This document shows positions 28,601-36,068 of a DNA stretch of 64,000 nucleotides, piece by piece. The translations under genes and the position numbers were made by a program. The notes under the pieces were generated by a model. That model did not search any database. It worked only from the letters and a program-made list of their open reading frames with translations, and had not been told where the DNA came from. The DNA is taken from contig CAYXEH010000003.1 of NCBI GenBank assembly GCA_964463915.1, forward strand, positions 38,547-102,546, read 5' to 3'. Position 1 is the first letter of the stretch; each line of letters begins with the position of its first letter. Source of the stretch: an uncultured Bacteroidales bacterium. Lineage in GTDB: Bacteria > Bacteroidota > Bacteroidia > Bacteroidales > UBA7960.

Positions 28601-29737
28601 TCCGCTTCCGGTGGTCCCCATTCCTTTGACAGTGACAGACACACCACGATCCTCACAAACCTGGTCTATTCCTTTCAGGACACGTTTAAATGCATCCACA
28701 GGCTTACCCCTGGTCCGGGCGTAAATCCCCAGCCGTACATTTCCGCCCTCATCCATCAGCACCGCTTTTGTACTGGTGGAACCGATATCTACCCCGGCAA
28801 ACACATCCAGGTTTTCTCCCTTTTGCAGTTGATAAATATCAATTTCATTGCCCCATTGATCTTCATAATGTTCGTGGTCTATAGCCCTGGTTTTGCTGAA
28901 CTTCAGCACAGACTCGTATGCCTCTTGCCCGGTTCCATTGCTTTTACCATTAATTTCCAGGGACTTGCTGTATTGGCTCCCCACACAATCCAACAGGGCA
29001 TCAGCCAGGTAAAAAACCGGATTTTCCGGCAGAATCAGCTCATGATGGTTGAGCAAAGCGGAGAAATAATGAAGAAAAACCTTATTGTTCGCCAATCCTC
29101 CGATGAATAACACATTGCCTTTTACAGGGACGCCTTTGAAAAGAGTAGAAAATGCCGCATGAGCCAATCCTTTGGATAACCCGTTCCAGAGTTCAGGAAT
29201 CTGATAACCTTCCTGTTGCCGGTGAACCAGGTCGCTCTTGGCAAACACTGAACAACGGGAGGCAATGGTCGGGGCATTGCCATGCATGGGAATCTCCCCT
29301 GCTGACTTGTAATCCAACCCCAGGCGCTCCATTTGTTGATCCAGGAATGCACCCGTGCCCGCGGCACAAAGGGAATTGGTTTCAAAGCGCTGCAGTTTCC
29401 CATCGGTGATCTCTGCAAGTGAAAGGCCGGAGGAACCGATATCAACTACATAATTGACGGGTTTACCGGAAAAAGATTGATGTTTCCGTAAAATGGCCGA
29501 AACAGGCGATATAACAGGAAGCTGAAATACAGAAGCAAGTAAGGAGGCATATTTCCCTGATACAACGGTTTGAGTTTGTTCCAGGTCGATGTCCTCTGTT
29601 TTAAGCAGGCTGGACAGCGCTTGAAGGGGTTCCCCGGAATGTTCCGTGAAATGACGCCGAATTTCCTTCCCTTTGCGATGCACCAGTTTCAGGGATAATG
29701 TCCCGGCATCAATCCCTAATGCTTCTGTCATTGCCAT
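25604..29737 (-). CDS. Fused double BcrAD/BadFG-type activase ATPase + 2-hydroxyacyl-CoA-dehydratase-like (HgdB/DUF2229) protein
   Basis: 1,377 aa. Two ASKHA modules (LGIDAGTLSLKLV and FAGVDIGSTSTKAV). Each retains the activase Cys pair: LCAAGTGAF + RCSVFAKS, and VCAAGTGSF + RCTVFMEQ. A Cys knot VCALCRNHC..YQCG follows, then dehydratase-like motifs NFNCGPDSF, PCTDGPCRFGQY and APFGCMPG. Confidence 0.8.
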   Translation of the reverse strand: MAMTEALGIDAGTLSLKLVHRKGKEIRRHFTEHSGEPLQALSSLLKTEDIDLEQTQTVVSGKYASLLASVFQLPVISPVSAILRKHQSFSGKPVNYVVDIGSSGLSLAEITDGKLQRFETNSLCAAGTGAFLDQQMERLGLDYKSAGEIPMHGNAPTIASRCSVFAKSDLVHRQQEGYQIPELWNGLSKGLAHAAFSTLFKGVPVKGNVLFIGGLANNKVFLHYFSALLNHHELILPENPVFYLADALLDCVGSQYSKSLEINGKSNGTGQEAYESVLKFSKTRAIDHEHYEDQWGNEIDIYQLQKGENLDVFAGVDIGSTSTKAVLMDEGGNVRLGIYARTRGKPVDAFKRVLKGIDQVCEDRGVSVTVKGMGTTGSGRKLIGHFAGADLVKNEITAHLKGAIKEFPDVKTIFEIGGQDAKYIRVENGWMKDANMNYVCAAGTGSFLEEQANNLGIPLDDIPARCRHESPPVASHRCTVFMEQDANQLLTKGLRKGQVMASVLYAVCKNYLHRVVQHRPVEEPVLFLGATAKNKGLVEAFENVLHKKILTSSFSHLMGAIGMAEMVREASPDPTTFHGMHIKDLSVSMHEEVCALCRNHCRITSMVAGNGEKMASWGYQCGRETSDKPGGQTGQLNALRLLDEMVQKELPVHKPMAVLRYPRALHFYTYNPFWQHFFQTLGIALRPAEMPSGATGQHADSHTITDCCYPMKKAVAEASACMEGNREAVFLPYHIQDIPNPRTANSFFCPLSQAFPAVMASTLGIREKDTSGLIMPVVDFSRDRNYNSRQLYNCLKIHYPVSQRKVQQAWDSAMEAFAIYREKLKREARLLSGAQNGSRKPRFVVMGRSYNLLDEQLNMGLLRAIARYGYEVIPMDLLPVERADLPEGYEDMYWSYGQRIVVAAEYVRKQQGLYPIFLTNFNCGPDSFLLGVFEEKMQGKPSLILELDEHGGDGGYITRLEAFFDRANAHCSAKRQDEVNREPERSSSRIVRSLSGYTVYIPPMHPIATRLMSAGLRAYGIKSVPLRREDATTFSLGNACVRGSECMPAASTIGSFLHQIKQDKKTGKINGDAALFMPCTDGPCRFGQYVRLHDRILKDQQFEATIISPNSDDHYSDIKGPVRMHLFRSLMVSDVLTKLGCRLRPYEKERGSTDALIGQYTDQLELAFENRGDVTCLLKQLNEELPAYNTKSMHKPLVGVVGEIYVRNSPFANASLVRRIEEAGGEAWVAPIMEWLHYTSGFGNNGGFLGRVQNKAANAFISYMEKRYLDIFGELLTDRREPPVAKVKKSGAVYLPDNIEGESILTVGRAIAFIRQGAQLVVNVAPFGCMPGSISASVLKQVSNFYGTPVMTVFYDGETDFSEILQAYIGGSGKVKT

Positions 29738-29815
29738 ATCTATTCGTTTTTATACGATGGGGAATGCGGCTCCAAAATTAACAAAAGCACGGCAACCAGT
29801 GGCAGAGCAGGATGA

Positions 29816-30232
29816 TTATTTCATCCGGTCCCTGGGTTTCAGCTGGCAGGCACAGGCGCCGGTAAGTCTTTCATTGATGTCTTCCCTGACCGGAAGCCCG
29901 TCCCTTTCCCACTCAACAAATCCCCCGGCCATGTGGGCAACCTGGGTAAAGCCTTTATCCTGCAGGAAACGGACGGCTTCCTTGCTTTTTAAGCCGGTGG
30001 AATCAGCCAGGATCAATACTCTGTCAGCAGGGAGTTTATGGTACTCCTCACTCAGTAACCGATGGGGCATCAGGAAGATATCCGGTATATCCGGAATTTT
30101 AAAGTCAGTAAAATTCTTACCACGCAGATCCACAATCAAGCCCCCCTGGCTGACCAGTTCAAGGCATTCTCTCGGGCTTACAGTCCGTACATCATCGCGG
30201 AGGGTTCCGTATTTATCCAATGGTTTATCCAT
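29816..30232 (-). CDS. Rhodanese-like domain protein lacking the catalytic Cys
   Basis: ATG 30232 (MDKPLDKYG) is preferred, because the track start at 30310 would overlap the receptor gene. 138 aa. The active-site loop position reads ILADSTGLKS (Asp where rhodaneses have Cys). MAGGFVEW is present, and the C-terminal tail is TGACACQLKP. Confidence 0.7.
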   Translation of the reverse strand: MDKPLDKYGTLRDDVRTVSPRECLELVSQGGLIVDLRGKNFTDFKIPDIPDIFLMPHRLLSEEYHKLPADRVLILADSTGLKSKEAVRFLQDKGFTQVAHMAGGFVEWERDGLPVREDINERLTGACACQLKPRDRMK

Positions 30233-30242
30233 ATTGTTTATT

Positions 30243-32318
30243 TTACTGTGCAAAGGTATCAAATACCACCCCCAATCGCAACCACCTGCCGGGCTGGGGT
30301 ACATTGGCATGGTCCACGTAATGGGTATTCAGCAAATTGGAAACCTCTGCATAAACCTCGAATTGGGAGAAATTATAAGTCGTTCTGGCATCCAGCATCC
30401 AAAAAGAAGGAAATTTTCTCCAGTTGCGATATTCTCCATCCTCATAAGGAAGAAACCCCCCTGCCCTCTCTTTCCATGACGCATGCCAGGTAAAGAAAAG
30501 ATTACGGCCTGCGCGATGGTGCAACCCTGCCTTAAAATCATGCGTCAGGTGGTCAAGTGCATAATTTGAGACCATCTCTCCACTTTGTTTCCCTGCGTGG
30601 GTGTACGCATACTCCAGTGTCAGGTATTGCCGGGACGTAGTTTGATTCCCATTGTCCAATCCGTCTGAAAATACAGATAACGGAACCTGCAGACCACCCT
30701 CGAACCCATAGAGGTTTACCCGGGTGTGGTTTGAACTGTACCAAAGTTCATCGCCCGGGTATCTCACCCAGTCGATCATATTCCTTCCCCATCGCCTGAA
30801 CAGGACTAGTTCTGCATCAATATTGCCCCAACGGCTATGCATGCCGGTTTCTGCAAAAACAGCTTCTTCCGGAAGCAGATCCGGGTTGCCTTGGTTTACA
30901 GGGCCTTCATAAAACAGGTCAGTAAAAGTGGGTAACCTAAGGGTCCTGCTTACTGACGCAAACCAACGGTGACGTGGGTGTAGCTGCCATCCCGCATCCA
31001 AACCGGGAAAAACACTTACTTTCTGATCCAGATCGGTATTCGCGTATGCCAGCATGCCGGCAGAAAGGGAAAAATCGCCCAGATAAACATTGTGTTCGGC
31101 CATTATGCTAATCCCGGTCCGGTGATGATGATGGGTAAAAGACGTATTCTCCTGCCCTGTTACCCCAATGGGTTCATCCATGGGTTCCCCCAGCACATTG
31201 CTGAAAATCTGTTCATAGCGCAGGTCAACTGCCATCGCAGTTTTACCCATGTCGCTCAGATATAAATGGTGGATGTTGACGCCACCTGCATCAGAAAGAT
31301 GAAAGTTATGGCCATTATACCATTCGGGTGCCTCATGCCTGAAGAGCTCAAACCGGTCATGATGGCGTCGCCAGTATGCCTGTACTTTCACCGACGGATA
31401 AACTTCCGGGGTTAGCTGCATGGAGGCATATTTGGTTCTTGTGGCCTCAAATTGCTCCGGAAAAACCGGGGAATAAAAACTGTTGGCCCCAAAAGATTTC
31501 CTGTTGTACCCCCCCTGAATATCCAGCCGGGCACCTCCCACATCTGCCTGCGTGCGATAAAAGAAATTCCTTTTCTGAAAATCGGTGTTGGATACATACC
31601 CGTCGCTTCGCAGGCCCGAGAAGGCGAAGTGGTGGCTGAGTCTTCTTCCTTTGATTCCGGCAGTCAGGGATCCTCCTGCCAACCCGTGGCCTCCACCCGA
31701 AAGAGAAAGCCGTACCCCATGATGATCCGGTTTTCTTGTAATGATATTGATAGCCCCGTTAAAGGCATTGGGGCCAAACACCCGGGCTCCGGATCCGTGA
31801 AGTACCTCAATGCGTTCGATACTCTCCAGGTCAACCGGAATATTCAGATGATGATGACCTGTTTGCGGGTCACTGATATTAATCCCGTTCAGAAGAATTA
31901 ATGTCTGGTCAAAGGTCCCCCCCCTGATGCTTATATCGGCCTGTATGCCAAAGCTGCCCCTTTTTCTGATGTCCACTCCACGAACACTTTCAAGGAGGCT
32001 GGCAAGATCCGATGCAGGTGACCGCTCAATCTCAGAACGTGAAATCACCTGTACCGAACGCATAAGCTCAGAGGAAACAGCGGGAACGTGTTGTGCACTT
32101 ATCACCACTTCATCCAGCTCATGTTCAGCCTGCACCTCAATGACCCTGATGGAATCAGGATGTACCTGTGCCAGTGCCGGAACAGTCAGAATGGAACAAC
32201 CCACATACAGCACCCCGATACGGATCTGTTTACCCAGGCTGTTGAAAGCCGCATATGATTTGCGGGCCCAACGCCTGAAGGTAAATGCGTGGCTGCTGTG
32301 CTGAAGTTGTTTTTCCAT
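30243..32318 (-). CDS. TonB-dependent receptor
   Basis: 691 aa. Long signal peptide, plug domain (DEVVISA.., IRGGTFDQTLILLNGINISDP, IERIEVLHGSGARVFGPNAFNGAINIITRKP), then a beta-barrel rich in alternating aromatic residues. Confidence 0.85.
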   Translation of the reverse strand: MEKQLQHSSHAFTFRRWARKSYAAFNSLGKQIRIGVLYVGCSILTVPALAQVHPDSIRVIEVQAEHELDEVVISAQHVPAVSSELMRSVQVISRSEIERSPASDLASLLESVRGVDIRKRGSFGIQADISIRGGTFDQTLILLNGINISDPQTGHHHLNIPVDLESIERIEVLHGSGARVFGPNAFNGAINIITRKPDHHGVRLSLSGGGHGLAGGSLTAGIKGRRLSHHFAFSGLRSDGYVSNTDFQKRNFFYRTQADVGGARLDIQGGYNRKSFGANSFYSPVFPEQFEATRTKYASMQLTPEVYPSVKVQAYWRRHHDRFELFRHEAPEWYNGHNFHLSDAGGVNIHHLYLSDMGKTAMAVDLRYEQIFSNVLGEPMDEPIGVTGQENTSFTHHHHRTGISIMAEHNVYLGDFSLSAGMLAYANTDLDQKVSVFPGLDAGWQLHPRHRWFASVSRTLRLPTFTDLFYEGPVNQGNPDLLPEEAVFAETGMHSRWGNIDAELVLFRRWGRNMIDWVRYPGDELWYSSNHTRVNLYGFEGGLQVPLSVFSDGLDNGNQTTSRQYLTLEYAYTHAGKQSGEMVSNYALDHLTHDFKAGLHHRAGRNLFFTWHASWKERAGGFLPYEDGEYRNWRKFPSFWMLDARTTYNFSQFEVYAEVSNLLNTHYVDHANVPQPGRWLRLGVVFDTFAQ

Positions 32319-32355
32319 TGATTGTCTGTATAGTTAATAAAATAAATAAAAAAGT

Positions 32356-33255
32356 CTACCATAACCTGGAAGGGTAAACCCCCCGGGCGATCATTTCGCG
32401 GACAGCGTGTACCGCTTTTTCCCTGTCTTGTTTATAAGTGACACCGAACCATCGCGACTGGCTGCGAAGCACATGAACTTCTGCCTTGTTTTCACGGATC
32501 AGTTCATCTACTACCATTGGAATAAAAAACTCTCCATTTTCTGTGTCGATCCGGGTGGCCAGAAAATCCTTCATTTTTTCCTCGAGGTGGGCAAATATAT
32601 CCGGACCAAACCCCCAGAAATTCATGGAGACCACCTCATCTGGTGTAAGTTGTGTCTTTTGTCCATTGCTGAGAATATCGCCACTGGAATCTTTCTCCAG
32701 GGCTTTGAACTCTTCTACATTTGCCAACATGTCCCGGGGGCCAACGCGGCACACGCCGCGTGAAACATGTCCATGATCCGAGAGGGTATTCTCCAGGCGG
32801 TAACCCACCATAGAATACGTTCCCTTTTCACCAGGTTTTTGAGATAACAGTTGATCTGCCATCAGAGAAATGGCCCCGCGGCCATAAAAATCATCGGCAT
32901 TGATCACGGCAAAATTTTCCCCGATAAGGTCTCTCGCCACCCAGATGGCATGACCGGTACCCCATGGCTTTTCCCGGTTGTTGGGGCAATGATAACCACC
33001 AGGGAGATCTGCCAGTTCCTGGAAAGCAATCTCTACCTGTACCTTGCCTTTAAGTTTATCTGCTATCCGGGTCCGGAAAGCCTCTTCAAAACTTTTCCGG
33101 ATTACAAACACCACTTTTCCGAAACCTGAACGGATCGCATCATATACTGAATAGTCCATAATGGTTTCCCCGGAAGGACCAATCCGGTCAAGTTGTTTCA
33201 TTCCTCCATAACGACTACCCATTCCGGCAGCCAGAACCAAAAGTGCAGGGGCCAT
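32356..33255 (-). CDS. Sugar-phosphate nucleotidyltransferase family protein
   Basis: 299 aa. N-terminal LVLAAGMGSRYGG (GxGS/TR pyrophosphorylase loop) and NADDFYG. Substrate not inferable. Confidence 0.72.
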   Translation of the reverse strand: MAPALLVLAAGMGSRYGGMKQLDRIGPSGETIMDYSVYDAIRSGFGKVVFVIRKSFEEAFRTRIADKLKGKVQVEIAFQELADLPGGYHCPNNREKPWGTGHAIWVARDLIGENFAVINADDFYGRGAISLMADQLLSQKPGEKGTYSMVGYRLENTLSDHGHVSRGVCRVGPRDMLANVEEFKALEKDSSGDILSNGQKTQLTPDEVVSMNFWGFGPDIFAHLEEKMKDFLATRIDTENGEFFIPMVVDELIRENKAEVHVLRSQSRWFGVTYKQDREKAVHAVREMIARGVYPSRLW

Positions 33256-33329
33256 TTCTACTTATTTTTTTTCCTGGTTAGCAATAGTGGTTTTTGTGAT
33301 CGGCAAAAATAAGCAAAACGGCTGATAAT

Positions 33330-34334
33330 TTATTCAAATAACAGGTTCTTCAGATTTGCTTCGGGGTCAGTAACTAATTCAATATTCCCCGAATTGGAAG
33401 TCAGCAAGGTGGTAAAACCCGGCCCATGCCCGGAGATGTTACTGTTACTGTGTGTGATCACCCCAATGGTGATTGCCCCCGTCTGGAATATCCGGCCATA
33501 AGAGTGGTCAGCATCGGTTATGGCAATGATATCGCCAAAACGAAGCGCATCCAGTCCGTATTGTTCAACCACTTCTTCATCAAAAAGCTGGATGTCATAG
33601 TCGCCGGTATATACCTGGTCTGAACCAAGGCCCGACCCCATGATTTTAGCGGGGGCCGTGAGGGCAACAGGAACACGCAGTTTACCCCCAGGGGTAATAC
33701 CCATACCTGCCTTGGTAAGTGCTTCAAGCAAGCGGGGACTTAAATTAAACGCCTGTACATCACCCGCATTCTGCAATTCCATGCCCGCACCAAGGGCATA
33801 TACCTGCATCTTGTCACCCGGTGTCATTTTATAAAGCACGTCCGGATCTTCGAAATCTACCATTACATGTTCAGCACCTCCGTGCTTGCCAATGACATAA
33901 CCTGTTTCACCTTTTGCATCACCAGTAAGTACCCTTACCTGATTTCCGATACACGACAACGCATTGAAAGCACGGCTTTCACCACTTGAACGACTGTTTG
34001 TACTGCCCGGATTGTAAAGGGTAACCGCAGGTTCTACGTGATCCCCTGCCAGATTTACAGCGTTATCGCCGGTACGAAAATCATAGCTGATACTTCCCGT
34101 GGCCGGGACCATCCTGACAGATCCATCTGCACCTACCCTGTATGGCGTACTCCCTAAGCGGGCTTCTGCAATCCATCCCAGCACCGGCATTTTGACCAGC
34201 TGTTCCCTGTTGAACTCCACCGGGGTGAGAGACTGGGCGTCCACCTCAGCAGGAAGAGATAACAAACAGATAAACATTGCACTTGCAAGTGCAAACAGCA
34301 GAGGCTGCCTGCATTTAAAACGGCTTGAATACAT
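33330..34334 (-). CDS. Secreted hypothetical protein (possibly DUF4438-like)
   Basis: 334 aa with a signal peptide (LLFALASAMFICLLSLPAEVDAQ). The DUF4438 suggestion rests only on remembered motifs (PYRVGADG, AGDHVEP, GDAKGETGYVIGKHGGAEHVMVDF). Confidence 0.45.
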   Translation of the reverse strand: MYSSRFKCRQPLLFALASAMFICLLSLPAEVDAQSLTPVEFNREQLVKMPVLGWIAEARLGSTPYRVGADGSVRMVPATGSISYDFRTGDNAVNLAGDHVEPAVTLYNPGSTNSRSSGESRAFNALSCIGNQVRVLTGDAKGETGYVIGKHGGAEHVMVDFEDPDVLYKMTPGDKMQVYALGAGMELQNAGDVQAFNLSPRLLEALTKAGMGITPGGKLRVPVALTAPAKIMGSGLGSDQVYTGDYDIQLFDEEVVEQYGLDALRFGDIIAITDADHSYGRIFQTGAITIGVITHSNSNISGHGPGFTTLLTSNSGNIELVTDPEANLKNLLFE

Positions 34335-34436
34335 AATTAAAATGATTTAATGGTTGATGGTGTTGAAAAAAAATTAGCTGCGAAAGATAGTAAATTCTTT
34401 TCACACCAAAACAGAAATGCAGCCGGGGCAAGCTGA

Positions 34437-35894
34437 TCAATGTGCAGCCGCCTCAATGTCCACCAGGTGCTGATAGTGCTCAAAAAGATCCATTATGGTA
34501 TTCACATAATTTACTGGCTCTATCCCTGAAGCATAACCATACCTGACTTCCTTCCTGTTGAAATATTGTGGGCTGGATTTATTAAGCATTTGTTCAGCGA
34601 CATGTCCGTCCCACACATCCGGGTCGTCTCCGAAAGCTTCAGCAAGGCGTCTGGCATCCTGTACGTGACCATGCCCTATATTATAGGAAGCAATGACAAA
34701 CTTCTTTCGTTCGTTTTCATCCTCAATATGTTCCTCCCAGTAGTCCTGAAGCCATTGTAAAAACCTGATTCCTGCGGCGATATTTTCTTCAGGATCAAGT
34801 GGATTATCAGCACCAAATTCAGAAGCCGTAGCCGGCATCAGCTGCATCAGGCCAACAGCTCCTGCCCAGGAGCGGGCTGAAGAATCGAATTGTGATTCCT
34901 GGTAAATCAATGCGGCCAGCAGCCGCCAGTCCCACCCGAGTTCGTCTGCATACTGCTTAAGAACTTCATCATACGCAGAGATCGTTCCTCCTGTGACCGG
35001 GAAAAAGTCACTGGCATAGCGGGTACGGAATGCACGTCGGTTCTCATAGTATTTGTTGTAAATTACATAGTAATCGGTTTTGTTACGGGCTTCCTCCAGC
35101 CATTCATTGACTTTTTCGAGCAACCCGGGAGAAGTATGTCTCATGGCCCAGGCCGTCTGTTGTGGCATGCTGACGGCTGTTTCCACGTCCAGATCCTGGA
35201 AATAAGCAGATTTAATCTTTGCAATATTTTCATCAGCTACTGTGTAATCAATTTCTCCTTCTGCCACTTGTTGGATCAACTCTTCCGTTGTCAGTGCCTC
35301 ATCGGCCTCCACAATGTCAATATCTGCTCCGATCTCCTCAGAAAGATTGATCAGCCGGTCAAGATATGCCGATTCATGACGCACATGCACTGTTTTACCA
35401 GATAGATCAATGGGGTTGCGGATCAATTCACTTTCTATGTTGTGGAGCATCATCTGTCGCCAGTTTTCCGGCTTACGCTGAACCAATACCTGCTGGGTCA
35501 TATTGAATGGTTTTGAAAAAGCCAGCCTTTCCCTGCGGGCGGAGGTTACAGTCAGCCCGTAAGCGATCAGATCTCCCTCCCCCCTGTCAAGCATATCCAT
35601 CATTTCGCCAAAATCACGGGCTATCTCAATACGCACGGGCAGGTCAATGTGTTCACCAAAACGCTGAAGCAGTTCATATTCATATCCCATGACCTCTCCC
35701 CGGTAAATAAAATAGCTCAGGGGGCTGTAACTTGTAATCGCTACCAGTTCACCCCTTTCCATGATCCCAGGCAGATCCGGCAATGCGGGGCTGCCTTTGC
35801 CGCCATTTCCATTGGATCCACAGGAATACATCAGGATCATTCCGGTTAAAATCCCGGTCAAAAGGGCAATATGCTTTTTACAAAGATTCATCAT
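34437..35894 (-). CDS. mltF: Membrane-bound lytic murein transglycosylase F
   Basis: 485 aa. Lipoprotein-like signal (MYSCGS), a periplasmic solute-binding-like domain, then an SLT domain with LIYQESQFD (catalytic Glu) and AGAVGLMQLMP. Confidence 0.85.
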   Translation of the reverse strand: MMNLCKKHIALLTGILTGMILMYSCGSNGNGGKGSPALPDLPGIMERGELVAITSYSPLSYFIYRGEVMGYEYELLQRFGEHIDLPVRIEIARDFGEMMDMLDRGEGDLIAYGLTVTSARRERLAFSKPFNMTQQVLVQRKPENWRQMMLHNIESELIRNPIDLSGKTVHVRHESAYLDRLINLSEEIGADIDIVEADEALTTEELIQQVAEGEIDYTVADENIAKIKSAYFQDLDVETAVSMPQQTAWAMRHTSPGLLEKVNEWLEEARNKTDYYVIYNKYYENRRAFRTRYASDFFPVTGGTISAYDEVLKQYADELGWDWRLLAALIYQESQFDSSARSWAGAVGLMQLMPATASEFGADNPLDPEENIAAGIRFLQWLQDYWEEHIEDENERKKFVIASYNIGHGHVQDARRLAEAFGDDPDVWDGHVAEQMLNKSSPQYFNRKEVRYGYASGIEPVNYVNTIMDLFEHYQHLVDIEAAAH

Positions 35895-36068
35895 ATAAAA
35901 TTTTATACCCTAAAACTACGTATCACGTGATGAAAAACCAAATTTTTTATACCGTTTATATATATTGCCTTTCTTTTCAGATTCACAAAAAAGACCTGTC
36001 ATATGAATTTTTGTTATCATTGCATATATAATCATGAATGATCCTATTGCTCCTTTAATTCTTTTATC

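Noticed and set aside
28100-29110. 336-aa plus-strand ORF inside the 1,377-aa minus-strand gene
   Set aside because: It lies fully antisense to a gene with clear motif support. Its translation has no recognisable motif and an odd composition (rich in F, H, Q, I runs). Long shadow ORFs like this are expected opposite codon-biased genes.
29673-30479. 268-aa plus-strand ORF spanning the rhodanese gene and both neighbours' ends
   Set aside because: It is antisense to three better-supported features and is Ser/Pro/Leu-rich and low in complexity. It would also have to bridge an intergenic promoter region.
32319-32355. Looked for a cobalamin or other riboswitch upstream of the two TonB-dependent receptor genes (also 63297..63471)
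   Set aside because: The first spacer is only 37 nt. The second is AT-rich, with no B12-box-like or other conserved riboswitch core that I can recognise.
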